Shown here: positions 54,027 to 62,810 of the stretch, in pieces
Layout of the letters: every line of letters starts with the position of its first letter
Numbering within the stretch: position 1 is the stretch's first letter
Assembly (NCBI GenBank): GCA_046052125.1
Contig: JBJOMY010000001.1
Location: 608,001 to 672,000 of the forward strand
Reading direction: 5' to 3'
Source: Cyanobacteriota bacterium
GTDB lineage: Bacteria > Cyanobacteriota > Cyanobacteriia > PCC-6307 > Cyanobiaceae
DNA: 64,000 nt
The notes under the pieces: model-generated
What the model was told of the DNA's origin: nothing
Seen by the model: only the letters and a program-made list of their open reading frames with translations
Database searches by the model: none
Position numbers and translations under genes: made by a program

Positions 54027-55073
54027 TCAGGGGCTCACCATCACCCGGTTGCCAGTGCCGCTGTTGCTCACTCCTGCGAACTGACGGCGCTGGGGTGACC
54101 AGCAGATCGATCGCCAGCCGGTACTGGCTGGGGTGCTGCGCAACGTCCAGGTGAGGCCATCGGGGCTGGTCATGATCCGGTTGCCGCTGCCGCTGGTGGC
54201 CACGGCCACAAGCAGCTCACGCTGTGGTGCCCAGCAGAGGGAATTCCAGGAGATATCAGCTGCCGATGTCCGGCTCGTCCAGGTGATGCCATCGGGGGAG
54301 GTCATCACCCGGTTGCCCGTGCCGCTGCTGCTCAACGCCACCAGCAGGCCGAGCTCCGCTGCCCAGCAGACCGACACCCAGTTGTTGCCAGTGGCCGCGG
54401 TCCGCAGGGTCCAGTTGCGGCCATCCCTTGAGGTCATCACCCGCTGGGTGCCGCCGGTGCTGCCCACGGCCACGAACAACCCCAGCTGCGGGGCCCAGCA
54501 CACCGACCGCCAGACCTGATCAACAGCAGCAGGGCCGACCGTCCACTGGATGCCATCGCTGCTGGTCATCACCCGGTTGCCCGTGCCGCTGCCCGCCACA
54601 GCCACCAGTAAACCCAGCTCGGGCGACCAGCAGATCGAGGTCCAGCTGTTGTCAACCGGCGTCTGCCGCAGGGTCCAGCTGCGGCCATCCGCGGAGGTCA
54701 TCACCCTGCTGCCGGTGCCGCTGTTGCTGACGGCCACGAACAGCCCCAGCTCGGCCGCCCAGCAGAGCGCCACCCAGTTCTGATCAGCCGCTGCCTGAGG
54801 GGTCCAGCGGATGCCATCGCTGGACGTCATCACCCGGTTGCCGCTGCCGGTACCGGCCGCAGCCACGTAAAGCCGCAGCTCGGGCGACCAGCACACCGCC
54901 TCCCAGCTGTTGTCCGCCGCCGAGCGAACGGTCGACCACTGGATTCCGCTGATCCCCAGCACCGGCGGCGTGCCCAGCTGCTCCGCCAGCGCCGCAGCAG
55001 GCAGCTGATAGGTGCCCGCCTCAGGGCCCACAGGGCGGGTGATCGCCAGCAGGTCGCTTGGTTGGAGTGTCAT
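54027..55073 (-). CDS. Seven-repeat beta-propeller (Asp-box-like) fibre/adhesin protein
   Basis: Seven ~44-aa repeats W..(V/I)CW(S/A)(P/A)(E/Q)LGL.VAV..SG.GNRVMTS.DG..W; short N-terminal QPSDLLAITR. Confidence 0.85.
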   Translation of the reverse strand: MTLQPSDLLAITRPVGPEAGTYQLPAAALAEQLGTPPVLGISGIQWSTVRSAADNSWEAVCWSPELRLYVAAAGTGSGNRVMTSSDGIRWTPQAAADQNWVALCWAAELGLFVAVSNSGTGSRVMTSADGRSWTLRQTPVDNSWTSICWSPELGLLVAVAGSGTGNRVMTSSDGIQWTVGPAAVDQVWRSVCWAPQLGLFVAVGSTGGTQRVMTSRDGRNWTLRTAATGNNWVSVCWAAELGLLVALSSSGTGNRVMTSPDGITWTSRTSAADISWNSLCWAPQRELLVAVATSGSGNRIMTSPDGLTWTLRSTPASTGWRSICWSPQRRQFAGVSNSGTGNRVMVSP

Positions 55074-55750
55074 CAGGGCAAGGCCGGCAGGCTGCTGATG
55101 TCCAGCGGCATGTAGTCGCCGGCCGGCTGGGCGGTGGCCATTGCCGCTTTGAGGGCGGCGGCATCCACAGCTGCGCCCTCAGTGCCGGCGGTGAGGTCCT
55201 CCCCGCTGGCCAGCCGCAACACGCCGGCGCTCTCGGTGGTGGCCGCATCAACGCTGAGCAGCGGCTGGGCCGGATCGCTCTCATCCACGCTCAGCGGTGC
55301 CGCCACCTGGATACGGATCACACCGGCGCCATCAGGGCCCAGGGCGGCGTTGGCACTCCAGTTGTTGCCGTCAAACAGCAGCAGATCCCCCTGGGCGATC
55401 GGCTGGCCAGCGATACCGCTCCAGCTGGCCAGGGCCACACCGGAGGCACTGGCCAGGTAGACATCGCCCACGGCGGCATCGGCCGGGGGCTCGGCGGTGG
55501 TGGGATCGATGGCGCCGCGGTAGTGCAGGGCTCCGGGGATCGCGGCATGCAGCGTGCCGTCTGCGTCCACCGAGAGATTGGTGCCGGGCCGGATCGCACC
55601 GATCGCCGCCGCCGTGGCGGGAGAGAGCATGTAGGCCTTGACCTCCTCGGCCGTCGCCCGGTAGGGGGTGCTGCCGCGCTGCACCAGCAGCAGGTCGGTG
55701 GGTTGGGGCAGGGAGCGGCCGGCAATGCGGCTCTCGGTGCTGGTGGCCAT
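55073..55750 (-). CDS. Phage fibre-like structural protein
   Basis: ATAAAIGAIRPGTNLSVDADGTL and ATTESAGVLRLA fibre-type motifs; YRGAID...GDVY...GDLLLFDGNNW. Confidence 0.75.
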   Translation of the reverse strand: MATSTESRIAGRSLPQPTDLLLVQRGSTPYRATAEEVKAYMLSPATAAAIGAIRPGTNLSVDADGTLHAAIPGALHYRGAIDPTTAEPPADAAVGDVYLASASGVALASWSGIAGQPIAQGDLLLFDGNNWSANAALGPDGAGVIRIQVAAPLSVDESDPAQPLLSVDAATTESAGVLRLASGEDLTAGTEGAAVDAAALKAAMATAQPAGDYMPLDISSLPALP

Positions 55751-55788
55751 GGCGATGAGGGAAGAAAGGGGGGAAGTGGAACGAGAGA

Positions 55789-56031
55789 TCAGGGCGGCAG
55801 GAGGCTGAGCAGGCGCAGATCCAGCCCGATCACCACCACCCCATCGCTGGCAGCAGCACTCACCAGCGGCGCCAGGGTCTCCACTGCCGTGATGCCACCC
55901 GTGGGCGGTGGTTCAGGGGTGCCGCCGTCCTGCAGTTGGGCCTGGCCCAGGAAGATCACTCCCTGCGGTCGGGTGTTGCTGCGGCACTGCGCCGTCAGTT
56001 CGGCCAGCACAGCCGGATCGGGAGTGGCCAT
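55789..56031 (-). CDS. Small structural-type protein
   Basis: 80 aa; GGITAVETLAPL; C-terminus LDLRLLSLLPP. Confidence 0.6.
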   Translation of the reverse strand: MATPDPAVLAELTAQCRSNTRPQGVIFLGQAQLQDGGTPEPPPTGGITAVETLAPLVSAAASDGVVVIGLDLRLLSLLPP

Positions 56032-56111
56032 CGGTGCCAGGGCGGTGCTGATGAGCTGTTGCCAGGCCCCAGCCAGGTATTCGCTGACCGGGGCAGACCT
56101 GGCGGCTGGGA

Positions 56112-56846
56112 TCAGAGCAGGGCATCCCCCAGCTCCTGGGCCGCGAGATCCGCCGCATCGCTGCTGCCCTCGCTGCCACTGGCCTGGGCTTCCAGCGCCA
56201 TGGCCTGCTCCACCAGTTCCGCCTTGGTCTGGCTGCCATCGAGTTCCACCCCATAGACGCTGGAGCAGAACTCCACAATCTGGGCCTTGGTCATCGCCTG
56301 GAAGTCGGTGGGCTCAGAGGCCAGCAGGGCCTCCCCGGCAGCACTGCTGGTGTCAGTCGGCTCGCCGGTGGGCGTGGACGTGGACTCAGCGGTTGGAGAT
56401 TCGGGCTCCGTTGCCTCCGGCAGCTCCGGCTCGCTGACCAGCAGATCCAGAGGCGCACGCTGAGGCTCCAACGGCTCTGTCACCGGCTGCTCCTGCTCGG
56501 GCGGCTCTGGCTCGTCCTCGCTGCCATCAAGAGGGGGCGGGTCATCGCTGCCGCTGGTTGAGCTGAGCAGCTCCCAGCCCAGGGCCTGCCAGCCGGCCAG
56601 GTGCACCGGCCAGATCGAGCGGGTCACACCGTCCTTGCCGATCAGCAGCTGACTGGGCGGCAGCAGCGAGGCATCGCCCACCCCTGGATCGGGGGTGACG
56701 GTGAGACGCTGCTCCGGGCCGGAGAGACGCACGGGTGTCGAGACGGGGTTGCTGCTGTCGAGGGGCTGCAGCAGCTCCAGCGGCAGGGCCTCAGCTCCTG
56801 CTGCTGCTGTGGTGAGGGTGTCGAGGGTGTTGTCCATGGCGCTCAC
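56112..56846 (-). CDS. Acidic protein with C-terminal HeH/Rho-N-like motif (capsid-associated)
   Basis: DFQAMTKAQIVEFC...VELDGSQTKAELVEQ; E/P-rich linker. Confidence 0.65.
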   Translation of the reverse strand: MSAMDNTLDTLTTAAAGAEALPLELLQPLDSSNPVSTPVRLSGPEQRLTVTPDPGVGDASLLPPSQLLIGKDGVTRSIWPVHLAGWQALGWELLSSTSGSDDPPPLDGSEDEPEPPEQEQPVTEPLEPQRAPLDLLVSEPELPEATEPESPTAESTSTPTGEPTDTSSAAGEALLASEPTDFQAMTKAQIVEFCSSVYGVELDGSQTKAELVEQAMALEAQASGSEGSSDAADLAAQELGDALL

Positions 56847-56847
56847 C

Positions 56848-57282
56848 TCACAGCCCCTGGTTGGCGGTCAGCGCCACGGTCATCCCCACCGGCGTGGCCG
56901 GCGACACCGCTGCCCGCGCCAGCCGCAGGCAGGGCGGTGTGATCAGCTCGCTGTCGGCTGGATTGATCAGCAGGGCAGCACCGCTGATGATCGCCTCCAC
57001 CTTGCCGCCAGCAGCGGGGATGGCGACGGCGGCGGCGGTGATCCAGCTGCCGGCGTTGCCGTCCGCCAGCAGGGGTGCCAGCTCCAGGGTCACGGTCACC
57101 GCTTCGCTGTGGCCGGGGTGGGAGGCCACCAGCACAAAAGAGGAGCAGGCATCGAGGTCAGTACCGAGGTTCACGACATCGCCGCTGCTGCGCACGTGCT
57201 CGTAGCAGTCAGTCGCGGAGTGGTTGATCCAGCCGACGAGCACCGTCTGGGCGTCGAGCAGCCGGGTGGCTTGAGAAGTCAT
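56848..57282 (-). CDS. Putative capsid cement/decoration protein (Bbp16-like)
   Basis: 144 aa, beta-rich, directly after the MCP; RLLDAQ...SGDVVNLG N-terminus. Confidence 0.55.
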   Translation of the reverse strand: MTSQATRLLDAQTVLVGWINHSATDCYEHVRSSGDVVNLGTDLDACSSFVLVASHPGHSEAVTVTLELAPLLADGNAGSWITAAAVAIPAAGGKVEAIISGAALLINPADSELITPPCLRLARAAVSPATPVGMTVALTANQGL

Positions 57283-57344
57283 CAGGGGTCTCCTGGGTGT
57301 GGGGGTTGAGGTGAGGGGATGCGTTTCGTGGGTTCAGGGTTGAC

Positions 57345-58283
57345 TCAGACCACCAGCGGCATGGGCGCCACGTTGTAGAGACGGGCAGCGGCTTTGCGGT
57401 TGCAGACGGCAAAGCCCACGTACCAATCCACCCGCGTGCGGAACACCGGCGCGTCATGCACCTCCCCGAAGTCCCGCACCGAGATGCCGTAGCGGCCCTC
57501 GAACGGGCCCTGCAGTCCGCACACCGCCGCGTCACCCAGGACGCAGCAGTAGATGGAGGTGGTGTCGCCCGGTTCGTCGTAGCCGAGTACCGCGTTGCCC
57601 TCGGCGTCCTCCTCCACCAGCAGGATCTCCACCCCCTCGAAGTAGTGCCGCCCGTCGATGACTTCGTAGAGGTCACCGCCGGCCTGGCGGGAGGCGGTGC
57701 TGATCTGGCGGCGGGCAGCCTTGCTGGCGATCAGCACCTTGTCGCCGCCGTAGCCGATCACGCTGTCGGTCAGCGCCTCCAGCGCCAGCAGGTTGAGGGT
57801 GCTGCCGCCGTTGTCGACCGTCTGGTCGTCGCCTGGCACCAGCCGCTTGCTCAGACCGTTGAAGGCCCGCGGATCAAAGGTGTCGTCGCCGTTGATGATT
57901 GCCGCCTCCAGGGTGAGGCGCATCGAGCGCACCTTCATCTCGGTCTGGGCAGCACGGGCCTCAGGACCCTGCAGGTCGACGATCGAACGGTCCACATCCA
58001 GATCGCCGCCGAAGAGGTGCACGAACTCCGAATCGGAGTTGATTACCCCATAGCTCTGGCGGTAGCCCTCGTTCACGGCCCGGAAGCCGACGCGGGGGAG
58101 TTTGGTTTCAGCCGGGAAGCTCAGCGAGCCGCCCACGAGGTTGCGGAACGGCAGGCGGCGCAGCAGCTCCCCCTCCGCAAAGGTCTTGAGCACCGCCAGC
58201 TGTTCAGCACGGCGGGCGTATTTCTGCGCCTCGATCAAGGTCAGGCCCAAGGGCACGCTCCCGGGGCCTCGCCCCAGTGACAA
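57345..58283 (-). CDS. Major capsid protein (HK97 fold, epsilon15/BPP-1-like); true start may be TTG 58250
   Basis: LTLIEAQK...LPF...LPRVGFRAVNEGY...GGDLDVDR...IINGD..DPRAFNGLSKRL...TSIY...RTRVDWYVG...AAARL. Confidence 0.88.
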   Translation of the reverse strand: MSLGRGPGSVPLGLTLIEAQKYARRAEQLAVLKTFAEGELLRRLPFRNLVGGSLSFPAETKLPRVGFRAVNEGYRQSYGVINSDSEFVHLFGGDLDVDRSIVDLQGPEARAAQTEMKVRSMRLTLEAAIINGDDTFDPRAFNGLSKRLVPGDDQTVDNGGSTLNLLALEALTDSVIGYGGDKVLIASKAARRQISTASRQAGGDLYEVIDGRHYFEGVEILLVEEDAEGNAVLGYDEPGDTTSIYCCVLGDAAVCGLQGPFEGRYGISVRDFGEVHDAPVFRTRVDWYVGFAVCNRKAAARLYNVAPMPLVV

Positions 58284-58455
58284 CAGCTCCTGTTGCCAGG
58301 TCCGAGCCGGAGTGTCAGAGAACGGTCAGCTCAGGGGGGCGGGTGGTGGCTGGCGGCTGGAGGGCAGGCGCTCCGCATGGTGCCCCGCATCTGCTCGTCC
58401 TGAAGGCCGACGCCGATGGGGGGCGCGGTGGTCGCGTCCTGCCTGCAACACCGCC

Positions 58456-58668
58456 ATGGCCACCACACCCGTTGCCCCGGCCTGCCCGATCCGCCTCATC
58501 TCCTTCCGTCTGGCTGCCAGGGGCAGCACGGAAGCGCGGCGCCTGTTCCTCGATGGCGAGGGGCACATCAGCGCTGATCCCCACTGGCTGCCTCGGGAGC
58601 AGGCCCTGCTGCTTGCACACAATCAGCAGCTGATCTGGGGTTCAGCCGCCCGGGTGATCGTGCACTGA
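58456..58668 (+). CDS. Small hypothetical protein (paralog of 31400..31648)
   Basis: CPIRLIS...LFLDGEGHISADPHWLPREQALLLAHNQQ. Confidence 0.7.
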   Translation: MATTPVAPACPIRLISFRLAARGSTEARRLFLDGEGHISADPHWLPREQALLLAHNQQLIWGSAARVIVH

Positions 58669-58905
58669 GCACCCCAGGGCTAGTGGGTTTGGGATCGCTG
58701 GCCCTCCCTCACTGGCCATGGACTGCTCCAATGCGTCCATCCAGTCCCAGAGAAGCCTGTGCCTGTCCTTGCCGTCCAGCTCGCTCGCCGGCACAGCCTC
58801 CGCAAGGGCGCCAGGCTGCAGGGACTGAACGATGTCCACCGCATGGGGTTCGTCAAGGACCTGCACCATCTCGATGCCAAAGCCGTCGTCTGTGCAGAAA
58901 AACAC
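58642..58905 (-). CDS. Hypothetical protein or remnant
   Basis: 87 aa; globular-looking first 65 aa; start uncertain. Confidence 0.35.
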   Translation of the reverse strand: MFFCTDDGFGIEMVQVLDEPHAVDIVQSLQPGALAEAVPASELDGKDRHRLLWDWMDALEQSMASEGGPAIPNPLALGCSVHDHPGG

Positions 58906-59487
58906 CGCGTAGTGGATGGGGCCTCCAGCTCAGCACCTCTCCTTTGCGGGAATAAGGGTCTCAGGCTGCCAGTACGCGGAGGTGATCGGATAGGAGCCAC
59001 TGCGCCGGTTGCGGAGGAAGTCTCAGGGGGGCTGCACATTCCCCCAACTCCAGACAGCTAGGTGAGAGCGCTGAGATTGGGCTGCAGCGGTGAGATACAC
59101 CACGGGGGCATGCTCTGATTTGGCCAAGAGCAACGACCGCAGCCGTTGTGGACGCAGAGTCTGTCGATGGCTAAAGGCAATGATATTTACCACTACGACT
59201 TATGCATTGAGCACCGGTCCAGACAGGTGGTTTATAGACTCGGGTACCACTGCCAACCTTTACGTAAAATGACTCTAATCTCTTGCGAGGAGCGGAGTCG
59301 ACCCGAACAATGGCAGGGGGCCTGCCCCAGCTATTAAAAGAGAGGAAGCTATACAAGATGGTCCTTGAAACCATCCATTAAAGGGCTGGATTGATTGATC
59401 AGCACTCCTATCAGAAGCAAGGTGGGGCCTTGACCTAGCTGCAGACTTGCCATGCCAGCTATACTGAGCGGAGTTCACGACAGGCCA

Positions 59488-59637
59488 GTGACAGGTCAGG
59501 ATGATCGCCGACAGAGGCTAGACGAAGACTTTAGAAGATCATTTAATCACGAGAACAAGAAAAAGCCATCCGGGGACCCTCCTTTAAAGCTCAAGAAGTC
59601 AGAGCAAAAGCAACCCGGCAAAGACGAGCGCAAATAA
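59488..59637 (+). CDS. Small Lys/Arg-rich peptide upstream of the DUF6338-like gene
   Basis: GTG at 59488; ends 21 bp before the next gene. Confidence 0.4.
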   Translation: MTGQDDRRQRLDEDFRRSFNHENKKKPSGDPPLKLKKSEQKQPGKDERK

Positions 59638-59658
59638 ACACAGCCAGCCTGCTTTGCC

Positions 59659-60288
59659 ATGGTAACGGCTCCGCAAATTTCTGATTTCATCGCCCTGGTA
59701 GCGCCAGGCTTTGTTGCCGTAGAGGTATTCAGGTCGGCCTACCCAGCCAAGACAAGATCCGACAAGTCTAATCTTTATCTGTACGTTGTATATAGTCTCA
59801 TTTGCGCAACCATTCTTTCGCTGCTCTCGCACCATTCTTCGATATCATCTTTTAGCCTTCAAGTTCCCGCAAAAGGCTCATCATTCTATCCATTTCTCCT
59901 GCTAGCAGTTGGGTGGCTTGTAGGCCAGGCCTGCATATTCTGCTACTGGATCCGACATCTTATTCCTCGCAAGTGCGACTCCCTAAGGTGGCTTCGTCCC
60001 GATCCTCAGAGTACCTGGAATAGAATCAATGACGACTTGGACGATCAGTGGGTATATGTTTTTCTTAAAGATGGATCGATCTATGTGGGACAAATCCGTT
60101 TCTGGAACTTTGACCCTGATTCCCCGAATCAGGATTTTTTTCTGGATAGAGCAAGAAGAGTAGATGAACGCCTAGACCCTAGGGGGCAAAAGTCGGCGAA
60201 GTGGAAGGAAAGATACTTGGTTGAAACTGGAGTCTATATCAGCACTGCCGAAGTATCGCGAATTGAGTTTCAAGGCTCGTACGTATAA
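59659..60288 (+). CDS. DUF6338-like membrane protein
   Basis: LVAPGFVA first TM; three TMs; STWN...WVYVFLKDGSIYVG...DFFL...GVYI...IEF; low GC. Confidence 0.75.
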   Translation: MVTAPQISDFIALVAPGFVAVEVFRSAYPAKTRSDKSNLYLYVVYSLICATILSLLSHHSSISSFSLQVPAKGSSFYPFLLLAVGWLVGQACIFCYWIRHLIPRKCDSLRWLRPDPQSTWNRINDDLDDQWVYVFLKDGSIYVGQIRFWNFDPDSPNQDFFLDRARRVDERLDPRGQKSAKWKERYLVETGVYISTAEVSRIEFQGSYV

Positions 60289-60420
60289 TTTTTATGCATT
60301 AATGCGTAATCCGGCACGGCCATTCGCCTGGCCCGCCGCAGGCAGAGTCGCCACCCCATCGTGGCACTTTGATTTAAGCTTCTTCCAGATAGGCAATAGC
60401 CAGCATTGTATGGAGCAGCC

Positions 60421-60960
60421 ATGAAAGAGTTGCGTGAATGGATCCAGCTTGCCTTTGCTGTGATCGGCGGGGGTTTAGCCTCCGCAGCTTTTCTCCAAAA
60501 TCAGCGCCAGCGTCGCGTCGAAAACGCCCTTAAGTTCGTTGCCCTCTTCAAAGAAAGCCTTCGGGAAGGTGATATAGGGCACTGGGTGGAACTATTTCAG
60601 GCCGCAAGTGAACCTGCGGGTTGCCCCCCTGGTCATTTCAGAACGAGCAGGAACTCATGCATTTCCATAGTAGAATACTTCTCGGAAGGGAGCGGAGATG
60701 ATTATGCAATCTCGCGCATGGCGAATAGCCTAGATGCCGTGTGTTATCAGGTAGTTACAGGAGCCGCAGATGCACAAACTGTCTATCATGAAATTGGGCA
60801 ACTGCTCTGGCACATGAATCTCTGGCTTCGCGCGGTACCCGCTCCTGCAGGGAAACTCTCATTTCTTGAACAGTCATTCCCTAACATTGCACGGTTCTTT
60901 TCTAAGTTCGGGAGAGCAGCGCAAACCTGGCCTTCCAGAACATTTGCTTATATTGAATGA
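60421..60960 (+). CDS. Hypothetical protein with N-terminal TM (low GC)
   Basis: WIQLAFAVIGGGLASAAFL, then a helical domain. Confidence 0.7.
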   Translation: MKELREWIQLAFAVIGGGLASAAFLQNQRQRRVENALKFVALFKESLREGDIGHWVELFQAASEPAGCPPGHFRTSRNSCISIVEYFSEGSGDDYAISRMANSLDAVCYQVVTGAADAQTVYHEIGQLLWHMNLWLRAVPAPAGKLSFLEQSFPNIARFFSKFGRAAQTWPSRTFAYIE

Positions 60961-61460
60961 CGACTGGCTTCCCCATCATTAAAATACCAACAAAACCGTT
61001 TTCTTGGATTTTTTGCGCGGAAAGATTCCCGCATCGCTGAAGTTTGTGGCTTCTACTTTGTGTCTCACTGGTAGTGAACTTTGTACCCCAGCTGTAGGTA
61101 CTGCAGCGCGTCACGTCGCCCTCACCCATGTCGGCCTGAACACGGTGCTGAAATCAATCAGCAGCACTTTGCCGATATTGCGATCTCGAACACCAACTAA
61201 TAGCCCGTCATAACCGCCAGGATGGTTTGGAGTGGGAGCGGCGTGGTGGCACAACTGAGGCCGGCCACCGTGGTGCGGCGGCGCGCCGCCGTCGATCGGG
61301 TGTGGGGAGATCTCTCATCCCGGCAGAGTGCCAGGGGCTGCGGCATGGCATCTCCATTCAATAGCGAAAACCGCGCCGCAGAGATCGTGGTGCACGCGAT
61401 CAGCAGCGGGTTACTCGTACTTAACGGAGCTGGCAAGGGCAGTGGTCAGCACCCCATCCC

Positions 61461-62195
61461 ATGACCACCCCGATGAGCGCCGAGCGGTTTGCCGATCGCT
61501 TCCGCTTCTACAAAGGCCAGCCGCAGCAGCAGCGAGGCGTGCAGCAGCTGTATGCCGCCATCGGCAGCAGCAACCAGGGCACCGAGATCCTCGATGAGCA
61601 GGCACCCTGGGCCGTCACCTACAGCGAGCAGCCAGCCCAGCCGCCGGCTCCCACAGGCGGCCTTGATCCCCGCGGCTCAGAAGAAGCCGGCATGGCCGGC
61701 CCGCAGATGGCCGCCCCGGTCCAACCCGGTGATTCCTACCTGCTGGTGAACGACCGGGACCAGGACATGGAGGCCTACGACCACACCGGCCGTTTCCTCT
61801 GGAGGATCCCCTGCCTGGCCCGCGGCCAGGGCGCCGACACTGACTGGAGTCAGACCAGCACTGACACCCCGCCAGGCCTCTACAAGCTCGGCCAGCTCTA
61901 CGCCGACTACGAGCAGAACCCAAACCCGCCCTGCTCCGACACCGCCATGGGCTACGGCTGGTACTCCTTTGACATGGAGGAGCTGGAGGGCCAGGAGGCC
62001 AAGGTCGGCCGGGCCGGGATCATGCTCCACGGCGGCGGTTCAGCCTGCGGCTGGCCCGGGGCCTGGGCACCGCTGCAGCCCCTGCACCCCACCCTCGGTT
62101 GCGTTCGCCTACACAACGCTGATCTGCGCGACAAGGTGCTGCCCCTCTACCGCCAGGGCACGGTCTATGTGGGGGTGTTCCAGGAAAAAAAGTGA
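61461..62195 (+). CDS. YkuD/L,D-transpeptidase-domain protein, endolysin-like
   Basis: TDTPPGLY...GIMLHGGG...TLGCVRLHN; N-terminal FRFYKGQPQQ..GVQQL segment resembling cyanophage lysin N-termini. Confidence 0.8.
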   Translation: MTTPMSAERFADRFRFYKGQPQQQRGVQQLYAAIGSSNQGTEILDEQAPWAVTYSEQPAQPPAPTGGLDPRGSEEAGMAGPQMAAPVQPGDSYLLVNDRDQDMEAYDHTGRFLWRIPCLARGQGADTDWSQTSTDTPPGLYKLGQLYADYEQNPNPPCSDTAMGYGWYSFDMEELEGQEAKVGRAGIMLHGGGSACGWPGAWAPLQPLHPTLGCVRLHNADLRDKVLPLYRQGTVYVGVFQEKK

Positions 62196-62791
62196 CGTCG
62201 GGCCAGGCCCCAGGGGGATGCACCTCTGGGGAGCCATCCCTGGCCCACGCCAACCTGCAGCACTGGATGGACTTCTTCTGCAGCAGCGCCGTGACCGAGG
62301 CCAGCCTGGGTGTGATCCAGCCACTCACGGCAGCGGAGGCCTGCGGTTTCCTCGGCTGCATGGTGGTGGAGACCGGCGATCCGGAGCTGGAGAACCTCGA
62401 TGTGATCGAAGCCGGCAGTGGAGCCGGCCGCGGCGCCATGCAGTACACGGGTGTCCGCCGCACGGCCTACGACGCCGCCCGCCTCCAGGCCATCGCCGGT
62501 GGGATCGACCCCAATAGCAACGCCTGGCAGGAGCAATACTTCGCCGAGGAATACGCCGGCCTGCACGATCCGCCCCAGGGCTCGCTGATCGGCTGGACCC
62601 GGGTGTTCGAGGACAGGCCTCAAGGCATGGATCCAGCAGCAGCAGCGGCTTACTGGACCGGTTCAGCTGCAGCAGCCGAGGGCTATTTCAGACCCGGCAC
62701 ACCCCACACCGAGCGGCGCCAGGCAGAAGCCGATCGGATCTGGGGACTGGTTCAGAGCGGCGCGCTGCAGCTGCCGCCCTCTGGGGCCTGA
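62192..62791 (+). CDS. Phage tail-lysozyme-like protein
   Basis: ACGFLGCMVVETG...GRGAMQYTGVRR...YFRPG...RRQAEA matches the Phage_lysozyme2 pattern. Confidence 0.65.
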   Translation: MTSGQAPGGCTSGEPSLAHANLQHWMDFFCSSAVTEASLGVIQPLTAAEACGFLGCMVVETGDPELENLDVIEAGSGAGRGAMQYTGVRRTAYDAARLQAIAGGIDPNSNAWQEQYFAEEYAGLHDPPQGSLIGWTRVFEDRPQGMDPAAAAAYWTGSAAAAEGYFRPGTPHTERRQAEADRIWGLVQSGALQLPPSGA

Positions 62792-62810
62792 TCGCCAGGG
62801 AGCAGCAGCG

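Noticed and set aside
54027..54945. CRISPR-like or DGR-like DNA repeats
   Set aside because: The repeats are in-frame coding blades with synonymous variation; there are no unique spacers, cas genes, reverse transcriptase or adenine-specific mismatches.
55058..56437. Long antisense or alternate-frame ORFs (e.g. 55058..56437+, 33369..34430+, 36399..37385-, 49803..50924-, 52831..53865-)
   Set aside because: Shadows of well-supported genes in GC-rich DNA; low-complexity Arg/Gly/Ala translations without motifs.
53829..58283. Complete prophage structural region
   Set aside because: No terminase, portal, protease, head-tail connector, tape measure or tail tube recognisable in the window.
57345..58283. 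Encapsulin nanocompartment
   Set aside because: The neighbours are cement- and fibre-like genes rather than cargo enzymes, and the sequence resembles phage MCPs. Not formally excluded.
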